The notes beneath the pieces were generated by a model, which was not told where the DNA came from, did not search any database, and worked only from the letters and a program-made list of their open reading frames with translations. The position numbers and the translations under genes were made by a program. Below are positions 10,001 to 18,756 of a stretch of 57,322 bases of DNA, in pieces (the first letter of the stretch is position 1; the number at the start of each line of letters is the position of its first letter). The DNA is from Candidatus Uhrbacteria bacterium. Its GTDB lineage: Bacteria; Patescibacteriota; Patescibacteriia; JACQRZ01. Location of the stretch: NCBI GenBank assembly GCA_016186045.1, contig JACPMJ010000007.1, forward strand, positions 1 to 57,322, given 5' to 3'.

Positions 10001-10147
10001 TTCAAGCATATCCCTCTCTTTTTGCGCCAAATCAAATTTCTCGCTTATCCGTTCAAAGAGCTCGGCATATTCTTCGGATTCCAAGCATGCCACCACATAT
10101 GGCGGAAGCGTTTGGATAAGCCGATTTATTTTATTCATGTCCAGCAT
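7085..10147 (-). CDS. Large hypothetical protein of the T4SS-like cluster (Pro-rich and E/K coiled-coil segments)
   Basis: 1020-aa ORF with low-complexity linkers and a conserved-looking C-terminus (EELK.LTL.DFRRLS.DP...LTEQEFDAV). Co-oriented within the operon. Confidence 0.7.
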   Translation of the reverse strand: MLDMNKINRLIQTLPPYVVACLESEEYAELFERISEKFDLAQKERDMLEDIVMDVLLKDVVLGDIPRHVKKIFGFSAEKTEELAQDIMGEFVAPFPHYFMDSREILQAFGVDEGVYIGKSILLKALMRFANEQMREHIRNIHALPLDQRRMQFHYIIEKNFIDYLSADDTGKRAFNDLAVDLFLNVKGYSAEFLRALYENKQTIGEGAHIERDGKTYSSYTVEWLKDFISFSDGDPSTLHIAQYLAQNKNARRLQEQDREILRHILEVYRTARLFPESLAHIPQEQWVIIPYGEEGSSYDEEESPSPDDRPPSAPLSPFRQDVQAQDTAREQEGAGAASAAPLPLDREEYASSFSLPESILAVPELPAPSQSLHSLAPLVVEARDAFFQTPPTIHEISAADIMIEEQLRPSPFSGKNYEELAHEVLSMSGIVITDPAFHARLQKAVVTRLRNIRTAIEIRERLSESVKTGGFGLDVKTAHAIVRNANMATDLISQGVINIKEVSAPSTSIKKDVQEIKELVRREFTPQPKKFGRSRPVASHGVPKLPFLPLVLPQFPEMSAMRNIPISMKKPVPPHPPKPSLIPPQYVSPKEFAPPPMTFAQKEKETVHVSPGFLEEKVHMALPPLVVKQTYFAIPLKLDTLPFRKALKAVPTFFAKKLSIQQTAKEAGTEGAVVSHKQPHSFFGAVDMPHIQHAGLPELAIEEVDGVPMIVEKQKGTYLTAPSTQAAQISVQKDDEEQRARKYAEEEQRKREEEKKKEEEIARKAMEEQQKKQKAEQAAREQAEKEKARKAEEEQKREAEQTQKARAEEGTWKVVEEQQKKQEEEQVKNIEQPVQEKTDSVSLLIPAQTQKPEPESISAPQTLQELSTGVMPHGQPASGGLFSNIFHIPVSVKSAPPQPGKVSFSDVRRSPRLVDTIEELKILTLKDFRRLSEDPLNAASRIYDKIQAMERESFTKKLTAIAAWRENEINMLYVQIGQTALIKGKSITSVIDQLKAEEKPYLTEQEFDAVLELNERIRM

Positions 10148-10153
10148 ATGCGC

Positions 10154-13100
10154 TTATGATTTCTTTGAATTTTCTTTTTTGTTTATCAAATTACCTTGAG
10201 CTTGGGTAAGAGATCCTAATTGCTCAATTTTTTCTCCTTCACTCAACGCGGTATTCTTCAAAATTCCCGCTTGTTGTTGGTTGAGGGTTTTTAATTTCTT
10301 GTCAGTATTATCGCTCACACCGGATGGTTTCGCGTCTGCCGTTTGTTTTGATTCTCCTTTTGGCGAGTCTGCTGAAGATTTTACGGATGCACCTCCGCCG
10401 GATGATCCGCCAACACTGCCACCTCCGCCACCCCTGCCTGATGGCCCACTACTCACAGCTCGAGCGCCACCGGACGTCTCCTCGCCTCCGCCGGAAAGCC
10501 CACCCAATTCTCGCGCGATTTTTTGTCTTTCTCTGTCAATGGCTCTGGTCTCCTCTGTCCGCTTGTGCGGATCTTGGATAGCTGTCGCCTCCTTGTATAC
10601 TCTATCAAGATCACTCATTTGAGATTGAAGCTCTTGCGTACGCGCTTCTTTTTCTACTTGAGCGTTTTGCGCCTGTCGTTCCGGTCGCCGCTGTGCCTCG
10701 CGCTCCTGAAGCTGTTTCTCAAGACCTTGTATTTCTTTTTGAACATCTTGGAGGCTTCTTCCCCCTGCGTTTTTCTCGCCACGCATCATCGCATCCTTCA
10801 TACTGTTCAGCCGAGAAATCCGTACACCCAACGGCAAATTTTTCGTATCCTCACCCTGCGGAGGAGGCTGTTGGCCCGTATCTTGCATCGTTACTTCTAT
10901 GGTTTCTTTTTGTGCACCTTTGTCACCGGTACCAAACCTGCGATCATCAGATAATTTCTGTTTTTCTTCTTGGATACGCGCTTTCAAATCTTCTATGGTA
11001 TGCCCTTTTGCTTTTTCCTGATCAGTCAAATTCTTTGCGGTTGCTCCCAATGTTACCTTGCGAAGCTCATATCCTTCAGCATTCGGATCCAAACCAAGAA
11101 GCGCCGCCTCCGCCTGTTTGCGCCCTTTTTGAATTCGTTTCTGGTCTTCCTGTTCCTTTGTAAGGTCATTTTCCATTCGTGAAATTTTTCCTGCGTGCGA
11201 TGGCTGGGCAGGCTGAGGCGATAGTTTTGCGGCATGTGCCTCCATTTCCTTGCCAATTTCTTCTTTCACTTCCTTTTCGTTCTTTTCCTTCGCCGGTGGT
11301 GACTCTGGTTTTTGCGCAACTCCACCTCCCATGGGAGTAAGTGTCCTAAAGGGCTTTTGATCAGTCGGCCTCCCTCCGCCAAGCGTCTCCTCCGCCATAC
11401 TCTTGAGATCCTCAAGCTCACTCTTTTCTTTTACCGGCGGTGGCTCTGGTTTTTTAAATAATTCATGCAGTCCTTTTGACTTATCCCACTCCTCCTTTGC
11501 GCCTTTAGCTAGAGAGGTATCTCCTATGGCTTCCCCCGCTTTTTTCGCAAGAACTCCTATATCAGTTGCTTTGTTAATCTCTCCAAATTTTTTCTTTCCT
11601 CCTTCTATCGCTTTGTCAGCTTTGACTGCGGCGGTTCCTACTCCCACCATCACACGGTTTCCAGTAGCCTGTGCTCCTCTTGATAGAGCTCCCTTAGCAG
11701 CAGAAAATGCTTCTCCCGGATTTTTGTATACTGATCCAACCTTTGTTGCCGTAGCCTGAGCTCCGGCTGTAAATTTGCCTCCCACGGTCCGTGCGGCTCC
11801 AAGAGCGGCTTGCATTCCTGTGCTCGCCTTCTCTTTTGCGGCTCCACCTAATTTTCCTAAACCCTCCGCGCCAGCCTTGCCAAGCGCGGGAACATCTGTC
11901 TTTGCCATGGTACCAGCCAGCCGCACAGCGCCCTTTCCGGCTGACTTCAATGCTCCAATACCCGCCCGCCCAGCGGCTCCGGCAATTCCCGGAACTGCTT
12001 TCGCACTGCCTTTTGCAAAACTGCCAATCGCGGCTCCTGCCTTTCCTGCGCCTGTTGCGCCGGCTCGCGCAGCAGCTGCTATACCTGCAGGAGCCGACTT
12101 CGCGAGCTGGACCGCCCCGGCGCCAACCTTTTTCGCGCCTGCTGCACCGGCTTTTGCTCCGGCACCAGCAAGCTTAAATGGCATTGCCGCCGTGCCTGCT
12201 CCTATACTTTTCATTTTATTCATAGCACCTGCGGCTATGCCACCACCTACACTTGAGAGCTCCTGTGCCGCAACAAGGCTTGCCAATAGCATGACAATAC
12301 CCAGGATAAACCCCGCAATGCCCGGCGCAGTGCCGGCTATGGACGTTCCCACAGAAAGCGCTCCTGATTTAGGATCTTTGGAATCTGGCCACTCCTGGTC
12401 CCCAAGCTCCCGATGAATCTGGACATCTGACGCGTCTTTTTTACCCTCAGCCGCATTTTGCGTCACCGCCAGAGAAATCCAAAGAAAAAATGCCAATACC
12501 GGACCCAAAATAACATAATTTGCAAAATTCTTCCACCACCTTCCTGAAAGCTGTTGCGCCATATCTATGGGAACCGCGGAAAGAAAAAACGCAAACGGCG
12601 AAAGCGTCACCAAAAACCAAATCGCAACAATGCGGATAATAAGCTGGATTGCGATAACCGCGAGCACTACCAACGCAATAAAAGAATAAATAAGCCCGAA
12701 AATCAAAGAGATAAAAATAGTGTTATAATTAACGTCACTACCTTCGGTCATCTTCAAGACATTTTGCACGCCAAGCATCGCCATGAAATTTCCCGGGCCT
12801 GCGGCAGAAAACGCACCTACGAACGTCATCATCACCACTTGCGCGAAATCTATGAGTAATCCACAGATGGTACGAGAAAAATTGATGAGAATCGCCATGA
12901 GAATAAGCTTGGGAAGTGTCCGTGAATAATGGTATTTTTCCTGCTGTAAAATGGTGCCTGCCGCAATAGCCAAAAGCACAAGCACAAAAAACATATTGCA
13001 GATATCCCGCACAATACCCCAGCCTTTTGCAACGGCAGTGGAAAAAATAAAGTCATTATAGCTGGCAACTGCTATAATGATATATATGAGAATGGTAATG

Positions 13101-13300
13101 CACTTGCCGACCAATCCAAGAATCAAATTGACCAAATATCCAAATCCTTGTGCGAGTTTTTCTCCAACAGTGCCGATAGCAGTACCCTGGGCATACGCAT
13201 GTTCGGCAAATCCAAATACGCCAATGCCGACTCCCATACAAATGAGCAATAAAAAAAGCACTGCTCTTTTCTTGCGCGCAATTCGTTCACATAGTGCCAT
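10154..13300 (-). CDS. Extended VirB6/TrbL-like polytopic membrane protein
   Basis: GWGIVRDICNMFFVLVLL...A.LINFS, RIVAIWFL..LSP.AF and WWKNF..Y...GP TM core, then a Gly/Ala-rich region and a coiled-coil tail. Confidence 0.75.
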   Translation of the reverse strand: MALCERIARKKRAVLFLLLICMGVGIGVFGFAEHAYAQGTAIGTVGEKLAQGFGYLVNLILGLVGKCITILIYIIIAVASYNDFIFSTAVAKGWGIVRDICNMFFVLVLLAIAAGTILQQEKYHYSRTLPKLILMAILINFSRTICGLLIDFAQVVMMTFVGAFSAAGPGNFMAMLGVQNVLKMTEGSDVNYNTIFISLIFGLIYSFIALVVLAVIAIQLIIRIVAIWFLVTLSPFAFFLSAVPIDMAQQLSGRWWKNFANYVILGPVLAFFLWISLAVTQNAAEGKKDASDVQIHRELGDQEWPDSKDPKSGALSVGTSIAGTAPGIAGFILGIVMLLASLVAAQELSSVGGGIAAGAMNKMKSIGAGTAAMPFKLAGAGAKAGAAGAKKVGAGAVQLAKSAPAGIAAAARAGATGAGKAGAAIGSFAKGSAKAVPGIAGAAGRAGIGALKSAGKGAVRLAGTMAKTDVPALGKAGAEGLGKLGGAAKEKASTGMQAALGAARTVGGKFTAGAQATATKVGSVYKNPGEAFSAAKGALSRGAQATGNRVMVGVGTAAVKADKAIEGGKKKFGEINKATDIGVLAKKAGEAIGDTSLAKGAKEEWDKSKGLHELFKKPEPPPVKEKSELEDLKSMAEETLGGGRPTDQKPFRTLTPMGGGVAQKPESPPAKEKNEKEVKEEIGKEMEAHAAKLSPQPAQPSHAGKISRMENDLTKEQEDQKRIQKGRKQAEAALLGLDPNAEGYELRKVTLGATAKNLTDQEKAKGHTIEDLKARIQEEKQKLSDDRRFGTGDKGAQKETIEVTMQDTGQQPPPQGEDTKNLPLGVRISRLNSMKDAMMRGEKNAGGRSLQDVQKEIQGLEKQLQEREAQRRPERQAQNAQVEKEARTQELQSQMSDLDRVYKEATAIQDPHKRTEETRAIDRERQKIARELGGLSGGGEETSGGARAVSSGPSGRGGGGGSVGGSSGGGASVKSSADSPKGESKQTADAKPSGVSDNTDKKLKTLNQQQAGILKNTALSEGEKIEQLGSLTQAQGNLINKKENSKKS

Positions 13301-13360
13301 ACTTTTCTTCTGCTTTCTTAATATATATAGTATATCACAGTATCAAAAATCAGCGCAGTG

Positions 13361-13405
13361 AATAAAAAAAGACAGAAAACTCTTTTTCTGTCTGGTTGAT
13401 GTCAT
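13361..13405 (-). terminator. Repeat A copy 1 (intrinsic terminator)
   Basis: agacagaaaa-loop-ttttctgtct hairpin followed by a T-run on the minus strand. Confidence 0.75.
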
Positions 13406-13461
13406 TCCTCGGTACGCCATCCGTCAGCTGGCGAATGACTCGAGGATCGGCATTTTTGCCG

Positions 13462-15096
13462 CTATGGGCCGATGAGCGCCTCCTCGCTCACACGGTACAG
13501 CAGATGGCTGTTTGGAGTCCCGGCAAGTATGCCGCCATCATCTGTCAGGAGAAGGTAGAACTTCCGCTCTGACGCAGAGTACACCACGTACTCTATTTTC
13601 CATGCCTGGCCGCAACGTCCCCATTCGCTACAACTGAAACTTACATTCTGATGGTCCGAGTCCGCGAAGTACTGGAGAATCTTATTGCTACTACCGGTCT
13701 GGCGCCAATCTTTGAGATTGTACTGCCAGCGAGCAATGCTCAGATTCTGCATGAAATAGTTGTCGTCGCATACGGATATGGTCCACGGACCGTCGAACAT
13801 GGTCTCGCGACACGCTGAATTTGCGGTATTCCACGAGAAATACCATAGTGCGGTATTAGTTGCTGCCATGCGGGAGTGGAGGAGGTCATACAAGAATCCC
13901 GGCGTGGCGAAGTATTCCGGAATGGCGATGGATGTTTCTCCCGAGGGAATGGTCCCCGCGCGAATCTGCATGGTTTGCGCGGTGGTGTCCCAGCCTTCCA
14001 AGAGCTTTTTCTCCGGATATGTACTCCAGGCATTGAAAAAGTATCTTGGGCCGTTACTGTATCTCTTGCTGTAATCAACGGGGGCGTACTTTATGCAAGA
14101 GCCATACTGGTGAATATACAGGTATTCATAGCCTGGTTCGACGAATTCGAATGACTCCCCGCTATCCGCGATTTTGAACACGCCGGCATGGAGACTGCCA
14201 CTTGATCTGCACATGCGATCATTATCTGAAAATCCAAAGCCATCCATGTAGGTCCAATAGAACGCTGAGATATTGAACCGTATTTCGCCCGTCTGGGAAT
14301 AGGCGATACCGTCTATTCTTGTTTTACCAAGATACGGATTACTGCCTATATAGTACCCCTTATCGCCGGGATACAGAGGTATGTACGGCCCCGCCCCTTT
14401 GATCTCCGTGAGTCTTTCCAAGCCGGGAACGCCGTTTACTTGCGTAAACAACGGTGGCGGAGTGGGCGTGGGTGTAGGTGTTGGAGCGGGCGTAGGCGTG
14501 GGTGTGGGTATGGGTGTGGGTGTTGGAGCGGGTGTAGGAGTTTTACTTGCTATCAACCGCATGGTGACGTTGATAGCCTTATTCTCCATTACCTCCACAG
14601 ACTGGCTCGCCTGTGCCACTACTCTAGTGACATCGTCTTCCGCCCTAACAAGTAGAATAATGGGGCCTACTGGCAGAAATTCACGCGGGGATTTGGGCAG
14701 CGTGACAGAACTTGTCGCAGCATTTTCCACATCACCTGCCGGATAAGCAAATGCTTGAGCGATCTCTGTACCATCAAGCTTGAGCGCCATAAACCTGATC
14801 CACATGGTATTAGATGGAATGACCTGAACACCACGACGTGCCGGCCAACGGATGGTCAGTGTCGCGTGCCGTGCCCATTTCGTAGGATCATCCGCGACAA
14901 TTTTGTTCGCTGATGCACTATCGTCGGAATGTACCGGAACGGACGAGACATCCAAAGAGAGCTTATTGGCTACGGATGGGCTAGACGACTCCTTTGTATT
15001 GAGAGGCACTGTGGAACAGGCGATAAGGAAGCTGGCGAAGATCCACATTGAACCGAGTTGTATCCTCTTGTGCATACTCATCTCCTTACTCCACAA
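13462..15096 (-). CDS. Putative lipoprotein with Pro-Thr stalk; C-terminal domain paralogous to 16455 and 21535
   Basis: Lipobox FLIAC, PTPTP repeat, GLERL motif and LYRVSEEAL terminus. Likely start near 15075 after aaggag. Confidence 0.75.
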   Translation of the reverse strand: MWSKEMSMHKRIQLGSMWIFASFLIACSTVPLNTKESSSPSVANKLSLDVSSVPVHSDDSASANKIVADDPTKWARHATLTIRWPARRGVQVIPSNTMWIRFMALKLDGTEIAQAFAYPAGDVENAATSSVTLPKSPREFLPVGPIILLVRAEDDVTRVVAQASQSVEVMENKAINVTMRLIASKTPTPAPTPTPIPTPTPTPAPTPTPTPTPPPLFTQVNGVPGLERLTEIKGAGPYIPLYPGDKGYYIGSNPYLGKTRIDGIAYSQTGEIRFNISAFYWTYMDGFGFSDNDRMCRSSGSLHAGVFKIADSGESFEFVEPGYEYLYIHQYGSCIKYAPVDYSKRYSNGPRYFFNAWSTYPEKKLLEGWDTTAQTMQIRAGTIPSGETSIAIPEYFATPGFLYDLLHSRMAATNTALWYFSWNTANSACRETMFDGPWTISVCDDNYFMQNLSIARWQYNLKDWRQTGSSNKILQYFADSDHQNVSFSCSEWGRCGQAWKIEYVVYSASERKFYLLLTDDGGILAGTPNSHLLYRVSEEALIGP

Positions 15097-15733
15097 TCAC
15101 GTTCACTTTTCCACCGGATTTGACAGTCACGGACAGAGAGGATGATGCCTTTCCATCCAATGAAGCTGCGATGATAGCGGCAACGCCTTCTGATTGCGAC
15201 CGCACAACGCCATTCTGCACCGAAGCTATCCCCGGATCTGAAGATGACCATGTTACTGAGGAGTTTGTCGAGGTATCTGACATGGTCACAATCGCATTGA
15301 GCTTGACTTCCACTGGATTCAGTTGCCCGTCTGGATTTTGAGCGCTTACATGAATCGTCGTAGACGACTCAGCTCGTATTTGCACTTTGACGGCATATGA
15401 CGCAGGCGTAGGAGTTGGCGTGGGGATTGGCGTTGATACAGGCGTCGCCGTTTGAACGGGCGTTGTTGACGGAGATGAGGTTTGTCCCGCAGACTGGCTG
15501 GGGCTGGGCGTGATATACACTGAAGCGCTCACGCTTGGCGAAACGCTTGGAGATGAGGAGACGTCTGTATTTGGTGCCGGAGACTGGTCTTGCGAACCTG
15601 TAGGAAGCGGCGATTCTGCTGGCTTTGCAGAAGAGCTCGTTTGTGCAGGATCCGATCCATTGAGTGGGGGTATGAGCGCTACACAGCCCGCAAGGGCTAT
15701 GAACGCCAAGGGAAGCGCAGATATCCGCTTCAT
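15086..15733 (-). CDS. Putative lipoprotein with Ser/Pro/Thr stalk and bacterial Ig-like (Big_2) domain
   Basis: Lipobox LAGC. VTWSSSDPGIASV.NGVV...EG.A.I.A.S.DG is the Big_2 signature. SD aaggagga upstream. Confidence 0.8.
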   Translation of the reverse strand: MKRISALPLAFIALAGCVALIPPLNGSDPAQTSSSAKPAESPLPTGSQDQSPAPNTDVSSSPSVSPSVSASVYITPSPSQSAGQTSSPSTTPVQTATPVSTPIPTPTPTPASYAVKVQIRAESSTTIHVSAQNPDGQLNPVEVKLNAIVTMSDTSTNSSVTWSSSDPGIASVQNGVVRSQSEGVAAIIAASLDGKASSSLSVTVKSGGKVNVIVE

Positions 15734-15764
15734 GGGCTTGTATTCCTCCTTTTCTTTATTTTTT

Positions 15765-15820
15765 AAGGTACTGCAAAGGGAATTCTACAACACACAAAAA
15801 ACCGTGTCAAGGAGACACGG
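15765..15820 (-). promoter_or_regulatory. Repeat B copy 1 (diverged): sigma70 promoter TTGACA-N17-TAGAAT with hairpin and GTACCTT motif
   Basis: -35 at 15805-15810, -10 at 15782-15787, hairpin ccgtgtc/gacacgg. Confidence 0.75.
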
Positions 15821-15843
15821 CCATCCTTATTTTGTTTGACGAA

Positions 15844-16284
15844 TCAATTCGTCACTAAATTGAGTTTCATTTTGATAAACTGAATTTCCTGTTCCTGTTT
15901 GTCAACTTGCAACTGAATACGTTTCAACCACTCAATGGCAAACGCATGATCTTCTTCAATACGCTTCATGCGAGTCGCAATCTCCTCCAGTATTCCCAAC
16001 ATGTGCCGATAATCAGTTTTCGTCACCATCGTCTCTTCAATACGTGACAACCGCTCTCCATGATCAACGGCGGTTCCAATAAGCGAATCAAGTTTCTTAT
16101 CATGATCGTCGAGACGAGATTCTATCTTGTCAAACCGCGCGTCATGCTCTGCGAACTTCGCATCCATCTTGTCAAACCGCGCGTCATGCTCTGCGAACTT
16201 CGCATCCATCTTATCAAACCGCGCGTCAATCTTACCAAACAGTTGGTCATGATCCTCAAGTTTTTTAAAAATTTTGTCTTCCAT
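15844..16284 (-). CDS. Coiled-coil protein with internal tandem repeats
   Basis: HDARFDKMDAKFAE repeats encoded by a 42-bp tandem repeat (16124-16228). Start placed at MEDKIF. Confidence 0.7.
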   Translation of the reverse strand: MEDKIFKKLEDHDQLFGKIDARFDKMDAKFAEHDARFDKMDAKFAEHDARFDKIESRLDDHDKKLDSLIGTAVDHGERLSRIEETMVTKTDYRHMLGILEEIATRMKRIEEDHAFAIEWLKRIQLQVDKQEQEIQFIKMKLNLVTN

Positions 16285-16352
16285 ATATTCTTCAGTGATA
16301 TATCTCACCCATTCAGTATACTCTCTCAAAAAGGACGGTCAATAGTGGAAAA

Positions 16353-16398
16353 AATAAAAAGACAGAAAAACGCTGTTTTCTGTCTGGATTGGTGTCAT
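16353..16398 (-). terminator. Repeat A copy 2
   Basis: aataaaaagacagaaaaacgctgttttctgtctggattggtgtcat. Confidence 0.8.
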
Positions 16399-16454
16399 CC
16401 CAGAATGACAGTTTTTAGACAGTCTGAGGCGGACTCCCTCGCAATGACAATGAC

Positions 16455-17558
16455 TTATGGAACGAGCGCCTCCTCGCTGATGCGGTAAAGTCTATCTCCA
16501 TAAGCCTTTACCGACGTCAATATGTAGAATTTTTTTTCACTCTGTGAGTATACGAAGTGGTAGACGACCGCTGGGCCATAGCTACTGCCGAAAGACTTAA
16601 AGTACTCAACAATATTCTTACCGACCACTTCCTTCTCACCCGTTTCGTGAACGCGGAAAATGGAGGTACGGGGATCGCCAGCTATCCGAACAGATGCACT
16701 TGTCCTACCAATGAAGTAGGCGGTGGTACCGGTAAATGCCGTCCGCTCCCGCACAACGGTCAGCGCACGCTCATTCTCACAGGTCGCATCCACGCATGGA
16801 GCCTTTCCATAGTCTGGCCCGTCATCGTACGTTTTATCATCATCCAAACCAAAGATGTCCGCACTGGCGACATCTGACAGCTTGAGCGAGCCGGTGTTCT
16901 TGGTCCAGACGCTTGTGTTGAAAGAAATTTCTTTCTTCGCGACATCCACGCTCTTCACTACCCACGGTGCTACGGAAACACTTGCGGCTTCCGTGAGTTT
17001 GGAAAAGGCGAAGTCCCGCCTGGGATACTCTCCATAGAAAGTCTTTCCTGAATCCGGTTGTCCTGGGATCACTGTTTTTTTCTGACCCAGTGCGATGTAT
17101 TCAAATTCATCCTTGACACTCGTTTTCTTGAAAATCGCGAAATTTCTAAACTGCACTAGTTCAGTATCGCACGTTGAACATAGAAGCGGAGTGGATCCAT
17201 GAGGAATAATCGTCTGGATGTACATATCTCCGGACGCGGAAAGGGCAAGCCCCTCTTGACCTGGGTTATTTTCTTGTCTCTTGCCAAGATATCCACCAAT
17301 TCCCGATACTCTCTCCAGCCCGGCAACACCCTCTACCGGCACAAAATTTATCTTCAGGATATTATCCGGAAGCGGAGTCGGCACTGGCGTAGGAGTGGGT
17401 GACGGGGTAGGGGTAGGCACCGGGGTCGGAGATTGCGCCACCGTAGGCGCGGAAGTTGCGGTTTGCGCGGTGGTGTCCGCTTTTTGCGTTTGTTGCGGCA
17501 CTGATGCCACACAACCGGCGATGGCGACGAGCGCGAGAGGGAGGCTCTTCTTGAACAT
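16455..17558 (-). CDS. Putative lipoprotein with Pro-Thr stalk (paralogue of 21535-22623)
   Basis: MFKKSLPLALVAIAGC lipobox, PTP repeats, Cys pairs, LYRISEEALVP end. Confidence 0.8.
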   Translation of the reverse strand: MFKKSLPLALVAIAGCVASVPQQTQKADTTAQTATSAPTVAQSPTPVPTPTPSPTPTPVPTPLPDNILKINFVPVEGVAGLERVSGIGGYLGKRQENNPGQEGLALSASGDMYIQTIIPHGSTPLLCSTCDTELVQFRNFAIFKKTSVKDEFEYIALGQKKTVIPGQPDSGKTFYGEYPRRDFAFSKLTEAASVSVAPWVVKSVDVAKKEISFNTSVWTKNTGSLKLSDVASADIFGLDDDKTYDDGPDYGKAPCVDATCENERALTVVRERTAFTGTTAYFIGRTSASVRIAGDPRTSIFRVHETGEKEVVGKNIVEYFKSFGSSYGPAVVYHFVYSQSEKKFYILTSVKAYGDRLYRISEEALVP

Positions 17559-17631
17559 GATGGGGTACCCTTTCCTTTCTTTTCTGATGATTGTCATTCC
17601 AGACTCGATCTGGAATCCAGTAATTTATAGC

Positions 17632-17705
17632 CTTTTTGTGAAGGTACGGACTTACAAAAAGAATCCTACACACAAAAAGAGAGGGTGTCAATGGGACACC
17701 CTCTT
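17632..17705 (-). promoter_or_regulatory. Repeat B copy 2: terminator hairpin / promoter TTGACA-N17-TAGGAT plus GTACCTTCACAA
   Basis: -35 at 17686-17691 inside the hairpin gagggtgtc/gacaccctc; -10 at 17663-17668. Confidence 0.8.
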
Positions 17706-17942
17706 CAAATGGCGCTCTGCCAAAAATTGAGTTGTGATTTTTAATTTTTTCGGTACGCGCAATTCATGAATGATAGGAGCCACTGTTTGCCAATCATCTT
17801 CTGTAAAATATCGCCAAAGCATACGGGAAATATATCTGCTATAATATTGCCGTTTCTCGGATTCATTGTGCCATGGCCGTTTGCAAAGCAACCCATCCCA
17901 ATTTGTAAGCGCCTCAATATCGCGCGATGTATAGCGTATCAT
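17688..17942 (-). CDS. Small hypothetical protein coupled to the AbiEii-like gene
   Basis: 84 aa, ATGA overlap with the upstream gene. Its stop TGA lies within the TTGACA of repeat B. Confidence 0.55.
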   Translation of the reverse strand: MIRYTSRDIEALTNWDGLLCKRPWHNESEKRQYYSRYISRMLWRYFTEDDWQTVAPIIHELRVPKKLKITTQFLAERHLKRVSH

Positions 17943-18392
17943 AGTGATACATGTTCAATAAGATATGCAATCTGACGTTCCACACACGCGCGATTTTCTT
18001 CCGCATCGCGAAGAAAAATATGCAGAGGAATGGTAAACGACGTTTTTTTATCTAAAAGTTCTGTTAATAATTTTTCTTCAGTGATAGCACCTAGTCCGAA
18101 TTTTTCTTCCGCAAATTCTTCCAAGTCTTTTAGCAGCCATCCTTGTTGTTTTGTAAGAAACGCAAGATCTATGTAGTCTTTTATCTCGTCACGCGAACAA
18201 AGAGCTGAAGCCTTACTCGCCGCGCTATCCCTCAACCCCGCCGTTCGAATATTTCCAAATAATACAAACTCGTCAATATTTCTATTACCGTCCGCGAAAG
18301 GTATCACAAAACAAGGGATCGCGCTCAAATATACGCACTATCTCCCTCTGTTCGCCGGTTAAATCAATAAACTCTTTTAAATCATGCACCAT
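17939..18392 (-). pseudogene. AbiEii-family nucleotidyltransferase toxin, internally deleted
   Basis: The C-half has KASAL.SR.E.KDY.DL. An upstream frame reads MVHDLKEFIDLTGEQREIVRIFERDPLFCDTF and then stops. The GGT / R.S.D.D catalytic segment is missing. Confidence 0.65.
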
Positions 18393-18431
18393 ACACATTG
18401 ATTATACCAAACGCATACGCTTCGTCAAAAA

Positions 18432-18479
18432 AATAAAAAAGACAGAAAAAACGCTGTTTTCTGTCTGGATTAGTGTCAT
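18432..18479 (-). terminator. Repeat A copy 3
   Basis: Same hairpin and T-run as the other copies. Confidence 0.8.
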
Positions 18480-18676
18480 CTCTTCTTTGTCATTCCAAAT
18501 CCCCGATCGTAGTCGAGGACAGGCCCGATCTGGAATCCAGAATTTTTTATTGATGCCAAGCAAAGCCTCATCGCGAAGTCCTGTCCGGTCAGACTGTCTA
18601 AGATCCTCGGGTCAAGCCCAAGCCTGTCCTCGGATTTGATCCGAGGAATGACATAAAAGGCAGGCTAAGAATGACA
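18474..18676. repeat. Cluster of nested REP-like palindromes filling an empty module
   Basis: tgtcattcc...ggaatccag and ...ggaatgaca units with inner gaggacaggc/gcctgtcctc elements. Confidence 0.75.
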
Positions 18677-18697
18677 GTAATCACACTATTTTACGAG

Positions 18698-18756
18698 CTT
18701 TTTGTGAAGGTACGGACTTTAAAAAGGATTTTACACACAAAAAGAGAGGGTGTCAA
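18698..18756 (-). promoter_or_regulatory. Repeat B copy 3: TTGACA-N17-TAAAAT
   Basis: -35 at 18751-18756 overlaps the ATPase stop codon; -10 at 18728-18733. Confidence 0.75.

Noticed and set aside
3297-13300. Conjugative element (ICE) or prophage
   Set aside because: No relaxase, coupling protein, integrase or phage structural genes. The cluster is contiguous with comF and murE.
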